The notes under the pieces: model-generated
Told to the model about the DNA's origin: nothing
The model's database searches: none
The model's input: the letters and a program-made list of their open reading frames with translations, nothing else
Source: a virus
Reading direction: 5' to 3' (one strand)
IMG/VR virus record: IMGVR_UViG_2599185304_000001
DNA length: 34,036 nt
In this document: positions 1-7,493 of the stretch, one piece after another
Position numbering within the stretch: position 1 is the stretch's first letter
How the letters are laid out: each line of letters starts with the position of its first letter
Translations under genes and position numbers: made by a program

Positions 1-45
1 CTTGTAATCAGTAGGTCCCGGGTTCGATTCCTGGTGCCGGCACCA
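1..45 (+). tRNA. 3' portion of tRNA-Thr (anticodon UGU), from anticodon loop to CCA; the 5' portion lies upstream of the window
   Basis: Anticodon loop CTTGTAA (anticodon TGT at 3-5), 3' anticodon stem TCAGT, variable AGGTC, T-arm CCGGG/TTCGATT/CCTGG, acceptor 3' strand TGCCGGC, discriminator A, CCA at 43-45. Confidence 0.85.
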
Positions 46-47
46 TA
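1..47 (+). repeat. attL core: 47-nt direct repeat identical to 33990..34036
   Basis: Exact identity read base by base. The repeat may extend further left, beyond the window edge. Confidence 0.9.
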
Positions 48-53
48 TAAATC

Positions 54-86
54 AAGGGCTTGCAGCGATGCAGGCCCTTGTTTTTT
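54..86 (+). terminator. Rho-independent terminator downstream of the tRNA
   Basis: Stem AAGGGCTTGCA (54-64), loop GCGA, stem TGCAGGCCCTT (69-79; one G-U pair), then G and TTTTTT (81-86). Confidence 0.7.
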
Positions 87-92
87 GCCTCA

Positions 93-115
93 GACGTAAC
101 AAGCGACGTAATAAG
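93..115 (+). repeat. Two tandem copies of GACGTAA(C/T)AAG, putative integrase arm-type sites (P' arm)
   Basis: GACGTAACAAG at 93-103 and GACGTAATAAG at 105-115. The same 11-mer occurs twice near attR (33886, 33938) in the same orientation. Confidence 0.5.
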
Positions 116-200
116 CGGCTCTGCACCGGGTTGCAAGAGTGTGCCGCGAACCGCTCCGCTGCGCTACGTCACTCCCCGGTTTTATGTTGACCCACGGGGA

Positions 201-481
201 AAGGGTAATTTTGGTAATTTATTTTTTTAACCTACTAAAAACCTTTGCAAATCAATAGGTTGCAATGATCTATTAAAGGTAATAATAGGGTAATTTTGTA
301 GTAACCAGGTTACCTTTTAGTAGGGTAAGAATCTAACCTTAGAAAATCCTTTAAAATCAGTACGTTAAGAAAAAATTACCTTTTCGATTACCTCAAATTA
401 CCTTTTCAGGTAATTGCTCAAAGCCACGTCCCATAAGGCTTACAGCCGCCTTCCTCTATCAAATTTCCAAAATTACCTTTT
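201..481. promoter_or_regulatory. AT-rich region with at least 9 exact copies of ATTACC/GGTAAT in both orientations (extended consensus AAATTACCTTTT)
   Basis: ATTACC at 375, 387, 397 and 472. GGTAAT at 204, 213, 278, 289 and 409. Variants are GTAACC 301, GTTACC 309, GGTAAG 324. Perfect 12-mer AAATTACCTTTT at 373-384, 395-406 and 470-481. Inverted pairs are AATTACCT(396-403)/AGGTAATT(408-415) and GTAACC-A-GGTTAC (301-313). Confidence 0.6.
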
Positions 482-577
482 CCCCACCCCTCAACCGGAA
501 ATAAGCCTACGCTGTACTTTCAAACGGTCCAGAACGTGACGTATGAGGAGCAGACTGTGAACGTAGACTGGGAGGGA

Positions 578-985
578 ATGTTGCCCATAGATGGGGTGGT
601 GATCGTGATAGAGGACGACCCAACCCTTCGGTCGTTGATGGCGAGCATAGTGGATGAAATGGGCGCCCAGACTCGTGCATTCGATACGGCAGATGATGCA
701 TTGACTTTTCTTCTGCAGAACTCTGAACCTTGCCCGTTGGTTATCGTGGACCAGGGACTACCGGGGCAGATCCAGGGAATAGAGTTCATCGAGATGGTCC
801 AAAGCCGATGGACCGGGATCGCCTCGATTCTCATGTCTGGATATTCGATTAATCCAACGGACGTGCCGCCGAAAACTGTCTATCTGCATAAGCCATGGTC
901 ACTAGATGATCTAGTCGTAGCGATAGCCACGCTACTCCAGCCTGGCAACCCTATATCCAAACGCCAATACGGGCCTGGAGCCTAG
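578..985 (+). CDS. Stand-alone response-regulator receiver (CheY-like REC) domain protein
   Basis: The ORF opens at GTG 536. ATG 578 is preceded by the SD GGGAGGGA. REC signature residues are present: IEDD acidic pair, VIVDQGLPG phospho-acceptor Asp, LMSGY, LHKPW Lys. There is no output domain. Confidence 0.75.
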   Translation: MLPIDGVVIVIEDDPTLRSLMASIVDEMGAQTRAFDTADDALTFLLQNSEPCPLVIVDQGLPGQIQGIEFIEMVQSRWTGIASILMSGYSINPTDVPPKTVYLHKPWSLDDLVVAIATLLQPGNPISKRQYGPGA

Positions 986-987
986 CC

Positions 988-1200
988 GTGTCCAACGAAT
1001 ATTCGCTATCAGACGTACTGGAAAGGATTTACGAAAATCAGGTCGCTTTAGAGGCAGCTGTGATGGAGCTGACTTTGCTGGTGGAACGACAAAATGCAGG
1101 TGAAGTCGGTGAAAACATTCGCGGGGCACTGATGACAATTGGCGAAAATGCCGGGTACATCAAACAAGGCTTGGCTCGCCTCAAAGGAGCAGAGTCGTGA
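988..1200 (+). CDS. Hypothetical 70-aa helical protein, tightly coupled to the REC gene
   Basis: GTG start 2 nt after the REC stop. No recognisable motif. Confidence 0.45.
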   Translation: MSNEYSLSDVLERIYENQVALEAAVMELTLLVERQNAGEVGENIRGALMTIGENAGYIKQGLARLKGAES

Positions 1201-1610
1201 ACCCACAAGCGAACTGAGTCAACCTGTGCAAACCCGTGTGGGCGCTCCAGGCCTTACTGGACGTGGGCCGCATCGAATTTTTTCCATTTCAAAGGATATG
1301 GCCGAGGTCCAAGAAAAAGACCAAGCCCGAAATGGAAAACCCGCTTTCAATGGACATTATCCCGGACCGTATCCAATAGGGCCGGGCCCCACAGAAAGCG
1401 CACCTTGTAACCCGGCGTCCAGGCGAGTTTGAAAACGACCTTCATTTCCTTTCAAAACTTTGCAAATCGTGCAATGGCCAAACACGTCCCAACCTCCCCA
1501 GCCGGCCTGGATGGAGGTATCACTTGCACTCCCCTCGCCCTTTCACAAAAAAGTGACACATAGCCCGTCGGCGGGAGGGGGATAAGTGCTTTTCCTTGAG
1601 TTTTTTTCTC

Positions 1611-2330
1611 TCAGTCTGGCTTTTCTGTGGGAGCCGACACTTCGTCTAGGGGCAGGATCAACTGTGGCCCCTGGCTCCTGACATTCCCCACCGCTCGGCT
1701 TACCGGAAACCACTCGAAAGCCTCCGTTGGGGTGCACTGGGTCCTGGCGATTTCTTCTGCCATTCGGGGGCTTAGGTCGAGATTCAGCCACTCGCGGGCT
1801 AAGGAAGGGGACAGCACCAGGGGTCTACGGTCATGGATATCAACCATGCCCGCATCGCTGGCGGCGGTGACAATCACATACCCGTCCTGGTCGTTTGGCT
1901 CCAGGCCGGGAGTGACCTGCGCAAGCGCACCGAAAAACATGGGGGCTTGGCTTTTGAGGCGTATGAAGTACGGCTGCTTTTTCTTTGGATCATCCGGGTC
2001 CTTGACCCATTCGAACCAACCATTTGCAGGGGCAATCGCTCGGCCATTCGGCCAAAGCTGTTTAAAAAATTTCCCAGTCGTAACCGTTTCCACTCTCGCG
2101 TTTATAGGGTCCGGCCGTTTCCCTTTTGCCCAGAAAGGAGACCATCCCCACCGCACCTTATCGACGCTGAGGCCATCATTCGTCGGACGGATGATTTCTA
2201 CCTTGGTGGTGGGCGCGACGTTGTATCGATCGATGGCCCACAGGTCATAACCGTTGATTACCAATTGCTGTGGTGCCAGCTCTCTAAGGTAATGCTCCAT
2301 CGGTTCGTAGATCGAATAGCGTCCACACAT
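1611..2330 (-). CDS. SOS response-associated peptidase (SRAP, YedK/HMCES family)
   Basis: Starts MCGRY (catalytic Cys2) when begun at ATG 2330. Contains INARVETV and DIHDRRP motifs typical of SRAP. Confidence 0.85.
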   Translation of the reverse strand: MCGRYSIYEPMEHYLRELAPQQLVINGYDLWAIDRYNVAPTTKVEIIRPTNDGLSVDKVRWGWSPFWAKGKRPDPINARVETVTTGKFFKQLWPNGRAIAPANGWFEWVKDPDDPKKKQPYFIRLKSQAPMFFGALAQVTPGLEPNDQDGYVIVTAASDAGMVDIHDRRPLVLSPSLAREWLNLDLSPRMAEEIARTQCTPTEAFEWFPVSRAVGNVRSQGPQLILPLDEVSAPTEKPD

Positions 2331-2388
2331 GGATGTCACCCGTCGAAATTTCCTATACACCAATTGACCACCTGTACAACGCAGAGTT

Positions 2389-2408
2389 TACTGTATGTGC
2401 ATACAGTA
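2389..2408. promoter_or_regulatory. LexA (SOS) box in the divergent SRAP/umuD intergenic region
   Basis: TACTGTATGTGCATACAGTA fits CTGT-N8-ACAG. A possible -35 TTGACC lies at 2364-2369, with the box overlapping the -10 region. Confidence 0.85.
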
Positions 2409-2431
2409 AACTTTCCTACCAGGTCACTATC

Positions 2432-2863
2432 ATGAGTGTCAGAATTCTAGGCCCGCTATCGGAGGGCGGCGCCTCAATCCCCCTCTACTCGTTCAGGATA
2501 CCGGCGGGCTTTCCCTCGCCGGCTGCAGATCACATCGAAAAGCATATATCCCTCGACGAGCTGTTCGAGATCCGCGCCCCTCACGTCTACCTGGCAAAGA
2601 TTGAGGGCGACAGCATGCAAGGCGCAGGAATATTTTGTGGGGACCTGGTCGTGGTCAATCGCAGCCTGAACGCAGAGCATGGCGACATCGTCATAGCCGG
2701 CCTCAATTCAGAACCTATCTGCAAGCGCCTGCACATGCGTGACAACACGATCATTCTCCTGTCGGCCAATAGCAAATATCCGCCCCGGCATGTGATGGAA
2801 GGCGATGAGCTGATTATTTGGGGAGTAGTGACCTACAGCGTGCGTGACCATGGCAAGCCGTGA
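2432..2863 (+). CDS. umuD: UmuD-like S24 peptidase subunit of translesion polymerase V
   Basis: AGFPSPAADH cleavage-site region, GDSM active Ser and CKRL Lys. Collinear by eye with E. coli UmuD. Confidence 0.85.
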   Translation: MSVRILGPLSEGGASIPLYSFRIPAGFPSPAADHIEKHISLDELFEIRAPHVYLAKIEGDSMQGAGIFCGDLVVVNRSLNAEHGDIVIAGLNSEPICKRLHMRDNTIILLSANSKYPPRHVMEGDELIIWGVVTYSVRDHGKP

Positions 2864-4127
2864 CCAGGTCTTTGCGTTGATCGATTGCAACAGCTTCTAC
2901 GCGAGCTGTGAGCGTGTATTCAGGCCTGACCTGGCAAAAACCCCCATTGTTGTCTTGAGCAACAACGACGGTTGCGTCATCGCCCGAAGCTACGACGCCA
3001 AGCCGTTCGTTAAGATGGGAGCCCCGTACTTTCAGATTAAGGACACCCTTCGCCGGAACGGCGTCGCGGTTTTCAGTAGCAATTACGCGCTGTACGGCGA
3101 CATGAGCGAAAGGGTGATGACAATCATCGAGTCGATGGTGCCCGCCGTCGAGATTTACAGCATCGACGAAGCCTTTGCAGACCTGTCGGGCATTTCCGGT
3201 GACCTGACCAGCTTTGGCCGATCGATACGCGCTGCAGTCTACAAAGGAACAGGCATTCCGGTGGGCGTAGGCATCGCGCCGACTAAGACCCTGGCCAAGC
3301 TCGCCAACCACACCGCGAAGCGCCTGCAGGCGCATACAGGCGGCGTGGTTGATATATGCGATCAGGTCAAACGCGATTGGGTATTACGCAATACCGACGT
3401 TGCGGAGGTCTGGGGCGTAGGTCGCCGAATGAAAGCGCACCTGGACGCCCTGCAGATCAAGACAGCAATGGACCTCGCCAAGGCCGACCCATGGATGCTG
3501 AGGCAGAAATTCAGTGTCGTCATCGAAAAAACTGCCAGGGAGCTGGCTGGAACCTCTTGCCTGGAGCTATCCGAGACAGAGCCGCCAAAGCAGGAGATCT
3601 GCAGCGGCCGCATGTTCGGCAAGCGTCTGACGACTATTGAGCCTATCAAAGAAGCTGTGGCGACCTATGTGGCGCGGGCTTCTGAAAAGCTCAGGGGGCA
3701 AAACTCATTGTGCAAAAAAATCCGTGTCAGCATCCGAACAGGCATGTTCAACCCCGAGGAGGCGAAGTATGCCAACGGCGCTCTGGTCGAGCTGCCCTAT
3801 CCTACGAACGACGTGCGCCTGCTGACAAAGGCTGCGTCGGAAGCGGTAGATCGGCTGTTTAGGCAAGGATTCAAGTACAGCAAGGCTGAAGTCTTGCTGA
3901 TGGATCTGACGCAGCCAGGGGAGTTTACAGACGATCTTTTCGCCCAAAGCCAACCTGTGGCTGCAGAGAAGGTCATGGAAGTGTTGGATCAAATCAATCA
4001 ACGGTGGGGGCGCGGGACGCTGAGAACTGGCGGCGTCCCGTCATGCCCAGACTGGGGCATGCGGCGGGAGATGATGAGTCAGAGCTTCACCACCAGACTG
4101 GATCAACTGTGGATCGTCAAAAGCTGA
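2850..4127 (+). CDS. umuC: UmuC-like Y-family DNA polymerase
   Basis: N-terminus FALIDCNSFYASCERVF...VVLSNNDGCVIARS is typical of UmuC. It overlaps the umuD stop. The start could also be GTG 2844. Confidence 0.9.
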   Translation: MASRDQVFALIDCNSFYASCERVFRPDLAKTPIVVLSNNDGCVIARSYDAKPFVKMGAPYFQIKDTLRRNGVAVFSSNYALYGDMSERVMTIIESMVPAVEIYSIDEAFADLSGISGDLTSFGRSIRAAVYKGTGIPVGVGIAPTKTLAKLANHTAKRLQAHTGGVVDICDQVKRDWVLRNTDVAEVWGVGRRMKAHLDALQIKTAMDLAKADPWMLRQKFSVVIEKTARELAGTSCLELSETEPPKQEICSGRMFGKRLTTIEPIKEAVATYVARASEKLRGQNSLCKKIRVSIRTGMFNPEEAKYANGALVELPYPTNDVRLLTKAASEAVDRLFRQGFKYSKAEVLLMDLTQPGEFTDDLFAQSQPVAAEKVMEVLDQINQRWGRGTLRTGGVPSCPDWGMRREMMSQSFTTRLDQLWIVKS

Positions 4128-4215
4128 TAAAGGCAGATGGCCACTTTTCAGCTAAGGTTCGTGATACCGGACGAGGACCGGTACGTAGCGCCACGTCACG
4201 AAAAGGAAGCCGTCA

Positions 4216-4989
4216 ATGCAACACGAGAAATGCTACATGTGTGATGAACCCGCAACTTCGGTGGAACATGTTCCACCGAAGTGCATATTTCCTGAATATA
4301 AAGATACGAAGCAACATTTGAGGCAGAACTTAATAACCGTTCCATCATGTGACATTCACAACGCAAATAAAAGCAAGGATGACGAATTTCTAATGGTTAG
4401 TCTTGCCGGTATTATTGGTAATAACTCAATAGGTTACGAGCATTACCATGGGAAAATACAAAGAACTTTAAAGCGGTCCTCGCACAGGCTGTTAGACAAG
4501 GTTTTTTTGAATAAATCAACAATCCGTCTCGGTGATGAAAACAAGTTTCTGGATATCATCTATGGCAAACCTGACTACCAGAGGCTCGTAGATTGCTTCA
4601 CTCATATCGGTTACGGAATCTATAGGCACCACTTTCAGGCATCTTTTGCTGGGAAAATGAAGGTTTTCTTAGGTTTTTTGCACTCTGCAAACAAAAACCA
4701 TCGCACCTTTAAACAGTTCATAGCTCATAGAGCCCAAATGGACCTCCAAGAACGACACGGACAAAATCCTGAGGTCTTTTACTATCAATTAGCTGCGCCT
4801 GATAAGTTCGGAATCTCGTTGATTCATCTTTGTTTTTACGAGAACGTAAAAATCTATATATCGCTGATGCCTGAAGGGTGTGAGCCACCGTTTGACCTGG
4901 GAATGGAGCTGATCAAAGGCGGATTTGAAACAATTGTAGAAATTGAAGGGAAACAATACAAATTCAATGAACCCGCCAGCCAACATTAA
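4216..4989 (+). CDS. Hypothetical protein with an N-terminal HNH-like (beta-beta-alpha-metal) nuclease motif
   Basis: C6-x2-C9, E17-H18-VPP, N38 and C45-DI-H48-N49-ANK give an HNH-type Zn/His-Asn-His arrangement. SD AAGGAAG precedes the start. The gene is markedly AT-rich compared with its flanks. Confidence 0.55.
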   Translation: MQHEKCYMCDEPATSVEHVPPKCIFPEYKDTKQHLRQNLITVPSCDIHNANKSKDDEFLMVSLAGIIGNNSIGYEHYHGKIQRTLKRSSHRLLDKVFLNKSTIRLGDENKFLDIIYGKPDYQRLVDCFTHIGYGIYRHHFQASFAGKMKVFLGFLHSANKNHRTFKQFIAHRAQMDLQERHGQNPEVFYYQLAAPDKFGISLIHLCFYENVKIYISLMPEGCEPPFDLGMELIKGGFETIVEIEGKQYKFNEPASQH

Positions 4990-4998
4990 GAGGTCATC

Positions 4999-5829
4999 GT
5001 GGTGAACTGGGACGTCGATCTAGTAAATTTGATAGAACTTTCCTATCACGTTATGCAGAGCAAAAATGGACAAGCGATTCCAGAGGGAAGCGAGTGGAAA
5101 AACGATGCTCAGGTGATTGGGACAAAGATTTTTAGGCATGTAGTTTCGGCGCAGCAAATTGGTGCGGGAGTGGCATTAGACTTTGGAGAGAGTCGGAAGT
5201 TTGTTCATATTGATCATCCTTCTGTGGCTGTGATAGTTAGAGCCGCAGTGGAGGCGTTTCTTACTTTTAACTATATATTTGCTAATGATGATGATGCGAT
5301 TAGCATTTACAGGCATAAGCTCTGGAAGCGTTCAGGATTAATCGATAGGGGGAAGCATGCCGCGTACACCCCCGAGAGTAAAGAAATTCAAAGGCTTGAG
5401 GCGTTAGAGAGCGAAAAACTATTAAGCGAAATACAAAGCAGCGAGTTCTATAAACTAGGAAACAGGGACTCGCGAAAGAAAATTGATAGCGGAGAATGGA
5501 AACCTATTGGCGGATGGTACGCTATCACAAAAGATAGCAATATCCATCAAGAATATTTTAATAGTATCTACAATCACTTAAGCGGCCACTCCCATGCCAG
5601 CTACATTAGCATTCTTCAAATAAGAGATGCCAATGATAAGTTTGAAGATCAAAAAATGCTAGCTGATAGCAGTCGACAAATGCTATGCCTAATTCTTGCT
5701 CACTTTCTTTTTTCATATGTGAAAGTTTTTCCAGAGTCGCGAAAAATACTGGAGCAAGACAGCCGGCTCTATGAAGCTGCCGAAACCTGGCACATACAAA
5801 AAGAAGAAGTTAAGTTTATATACAGTTAG
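4999..5829 (+). CDS. Hypothetical 276-aa protein, partner of the HNH-like gene
   Basis: GTG start 9 nt after the upstream stop, with SD AAGAGG. AT-rich, no hydrophobic segments. Motifs VRAAVEAFLTFNYIF and YNHLSGHSHASY. The family was not identified. Confidence 0.5.
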   Translation: MVNWDVDLVNLIELSYHVMQSKNGQAIPEGSEWKNDAQVIGTKIFRHVVSAQQIGAGVALDFGESRKFVHIDHPSVAVIVRAAVEAFLTFNYIFANDDDAISIYRHKLWKRSGLIDRGKHAAYTPESKEIQRLEALESEKLLSEIQSSEFYKLGNRDSRKKIDSGEWKPIGGWYAITKDSNIHQEYFNSIYNHLSGHSHASYISILQIRDANDKFEDQKMLADSSRQMLCLILAHFLFSYVKVFPESRKILEQDSRLYEAAETWHIQKEEVKFIYS

Positions 5830-5844
5830 TTGTTAGCATGTTTC

Positions 5845-6816
5845 TCAATAAACAATAGGCTTTAGCCGTGTTCCAAGCGAGCGAGTGGTTGCCGCATAAG
5901 AAGTGAAAGCACTTGCGTTATCAGGGGGCGGGGTTGATCCATGTTTATGCGCAGCGAGAGTCATGCTCATTTGCTCTGTGATATCAATTAGTTCGCTGAG
6001 AATATGCAGCACATTCTCTGTTTCAGAACCCAGCCAGGTTTTCGGTGCAGACAGCCGTTGCCCTACTAGAGCAACGCTTCTCCGAAGGCCTTGAATCTGC
6101 TCCTGCATATCGCCGCCTACCGTCGTGTTGAGCTTCTGTCCGACCACCAGGTTCAGGTCCCGGCCGGTGGCCTGATGTAGATCATCTACCGCCGCCAGGC
6201 TCGCGGACCCGCCCGACAGCAGTTTGAGCGCGCCCAGCGCCTCGATCGTCTTCACACCACCCACGGACTCGCTTGAATGGTCGTCCACCGTCCTGGTGTG
6301 GCTCTGGAACTGCTCGCGGTTTTCCAGGGCTTCGACTTCCCGCTCAATCGCTTTGTCCTGGATCTTGCCATCCGTCTGGCGCAGCCAGTTGCCATCGGCG
6401 TCTACGCGCTGTTGCGCCGCCTCGCTGTGCTGCCAGACCTGATCGCCTTTCGGCACCTTCGGCATGCTCAGGCCGTGCGGGAGGATCGTCTGGATGTAGG
6501 GCTTGTTCGGCAGGCCATAGGCGAAGCACACCACGACCTGGGTGCCTTCCTCCGGAAACGCATAGATCCCCATTTCCTCGCCACCGGTGGGCAGCGGCAA
6601 CGGAACGCCGGTGAGCTGGGGTAGGAGCGGATCCGGCTCGCCGTCCGGGCCCAGGACTTCGATGTCCACGGCATAGCGCGGCCGAAAGTCGTCGCAGATC
6701 CCGGCGCCGGCCGGTGCGTCGGCCACGGCGATAACCCGGGCGAAGCGCGGCAGGTGGTAACCGCCGGTGAGTTCAGGGAATTGCCGTTCTACGCTGCGGC
6801 GGATTGCGTCTTCCAT
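5845..6816 (-). CDS. Putative baseplate central spike (gpV/gp5-like)
   Basis: Last gene of the tail operon. The N-terminal part resembles spike OB-fold proteins (GIYAFPEEGTQVVVCFAYG). Call rests on position and size. Confidence 0.45.
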   Translation of the reverse strand: MEDAIRRSVERQFPELTGGYHLPRFARVIAVADAPAGAGICDDFRPRYAVDIEVLGPDGEPDPLLPQLTGVPLPLPTGGEEMGIYAFPEEGTQVVVCFAYGLPNKPYIQTILPHGLSMPKVPKGDQVWQHSEAAQQRVDADGNWLRQTDGKIQDKAIEREVEALENREQFQSHTRTVDDHSSESVGGVKTIEALGALKLLSGGSASLAAVDDLHQATGRDLNLVVGQKLNTTVGGDMQEQIQGLRRSVALVGQRLSAPKTWLGSETENVLHILSELIDITEQMSMTLAAHKHGSTPPPDNASAFTSYAATTRSLGTRLKPIVY

Positions 6817-7493
6817 CGGATGGCCATCTGGTCATTGGCGAGTGCCACGCTGGTGACGCGCTCGCCGGCATTGATCGTTGCACCTGGTCGTAACCCAGGA
6901 AGGGCCGCGACCATGGCGCTCTGGTTGCCCTGGTAGCCGTCGAACAGCTCCGTAGGGATTTGCAGCGGTGCCCGGACTCCGAAAAAACTGTCGGCCCAAC
7001 TGCCCACGAACACTTCACCATTGCCCTGTTGGTGCCAGGTGAAGTCGGGGATCCCGAACACTCGGGCCAAACTGTCCATCGCCTGATACCCGGCGGCCAG
7101 GCTGTAGAAATACGGCGCCTTGACGCCGGCGTATGGCCGATCGGGAACCCGAAAGCGCAGGCCGGTCTGCTGGCTGATCTCGGCCAGCACGGCGCGCAGG
7201 TCAACATGGCGCAGGTTCATCGGCAGTGGGTTGGCCAACACCGCGGCCAGCTCCCGGCAGAACAGCACCTGCTCCACCGCGTTGGCGGCGGTGCAACGCT
7301 CGACGTAGCCGATGAAGTGGCGTTGCAGCGTGCCCTGGTTGTAGCCGATATCCAGCGTCACCAGGCCTTTGAGCGGGACGCTGGATTGCACCGTGAAGTT
7401 CGCCCGCCCCGGGCTGGTGGCGTCCAGGCGAACGTCCTCCTTGACCAGGGCGATTGGCGCGCCGTTGATGGCCAACACCTTGTGCAGCTTCAA
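6789..7493 (-). CDS. Putative baseplate hub protein (gpD/gp27/VgrG-N-like)
   Basis: FIGYVERC...LFCRELAAVL...RAVLAEISQQTGL resembles the hub N-terminal pattern. TTG start overlaps the upstream stop (TTGA). Confidence 0.4.
   Translation of the reverse strand: MKLHKVLAINGAPIALVKEDVRLDATSPGRANFTVQSSVPLKGLVTLDIGYNQGTLQRHFIGYVERCTAANAVEQVLFCRELAAVLANPLPMNLRHVDLRAVLAEISQQTGLRFRVPDRPYAGVKAPYFYSLAAGYQAMDSLARVFGIPDFTWHQQGNGEVFVGSWADSFFGVRAPLQIPTELFDGYQGNQSAMVAALPGLRPGATINAGERVTSVALANDQMAIRWKTQSAAA

Noticed and set aside
1139-1432. 97-aa plus-strand ORF overlapping the end of the 70-aa gene
   Set aside because: It overlaps the better-supported 988..1200 ORF, is Pro/Gly-rich, and has no convincing RBS or motif. 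An internal ATG at 1298 has an SD placed too close to it.
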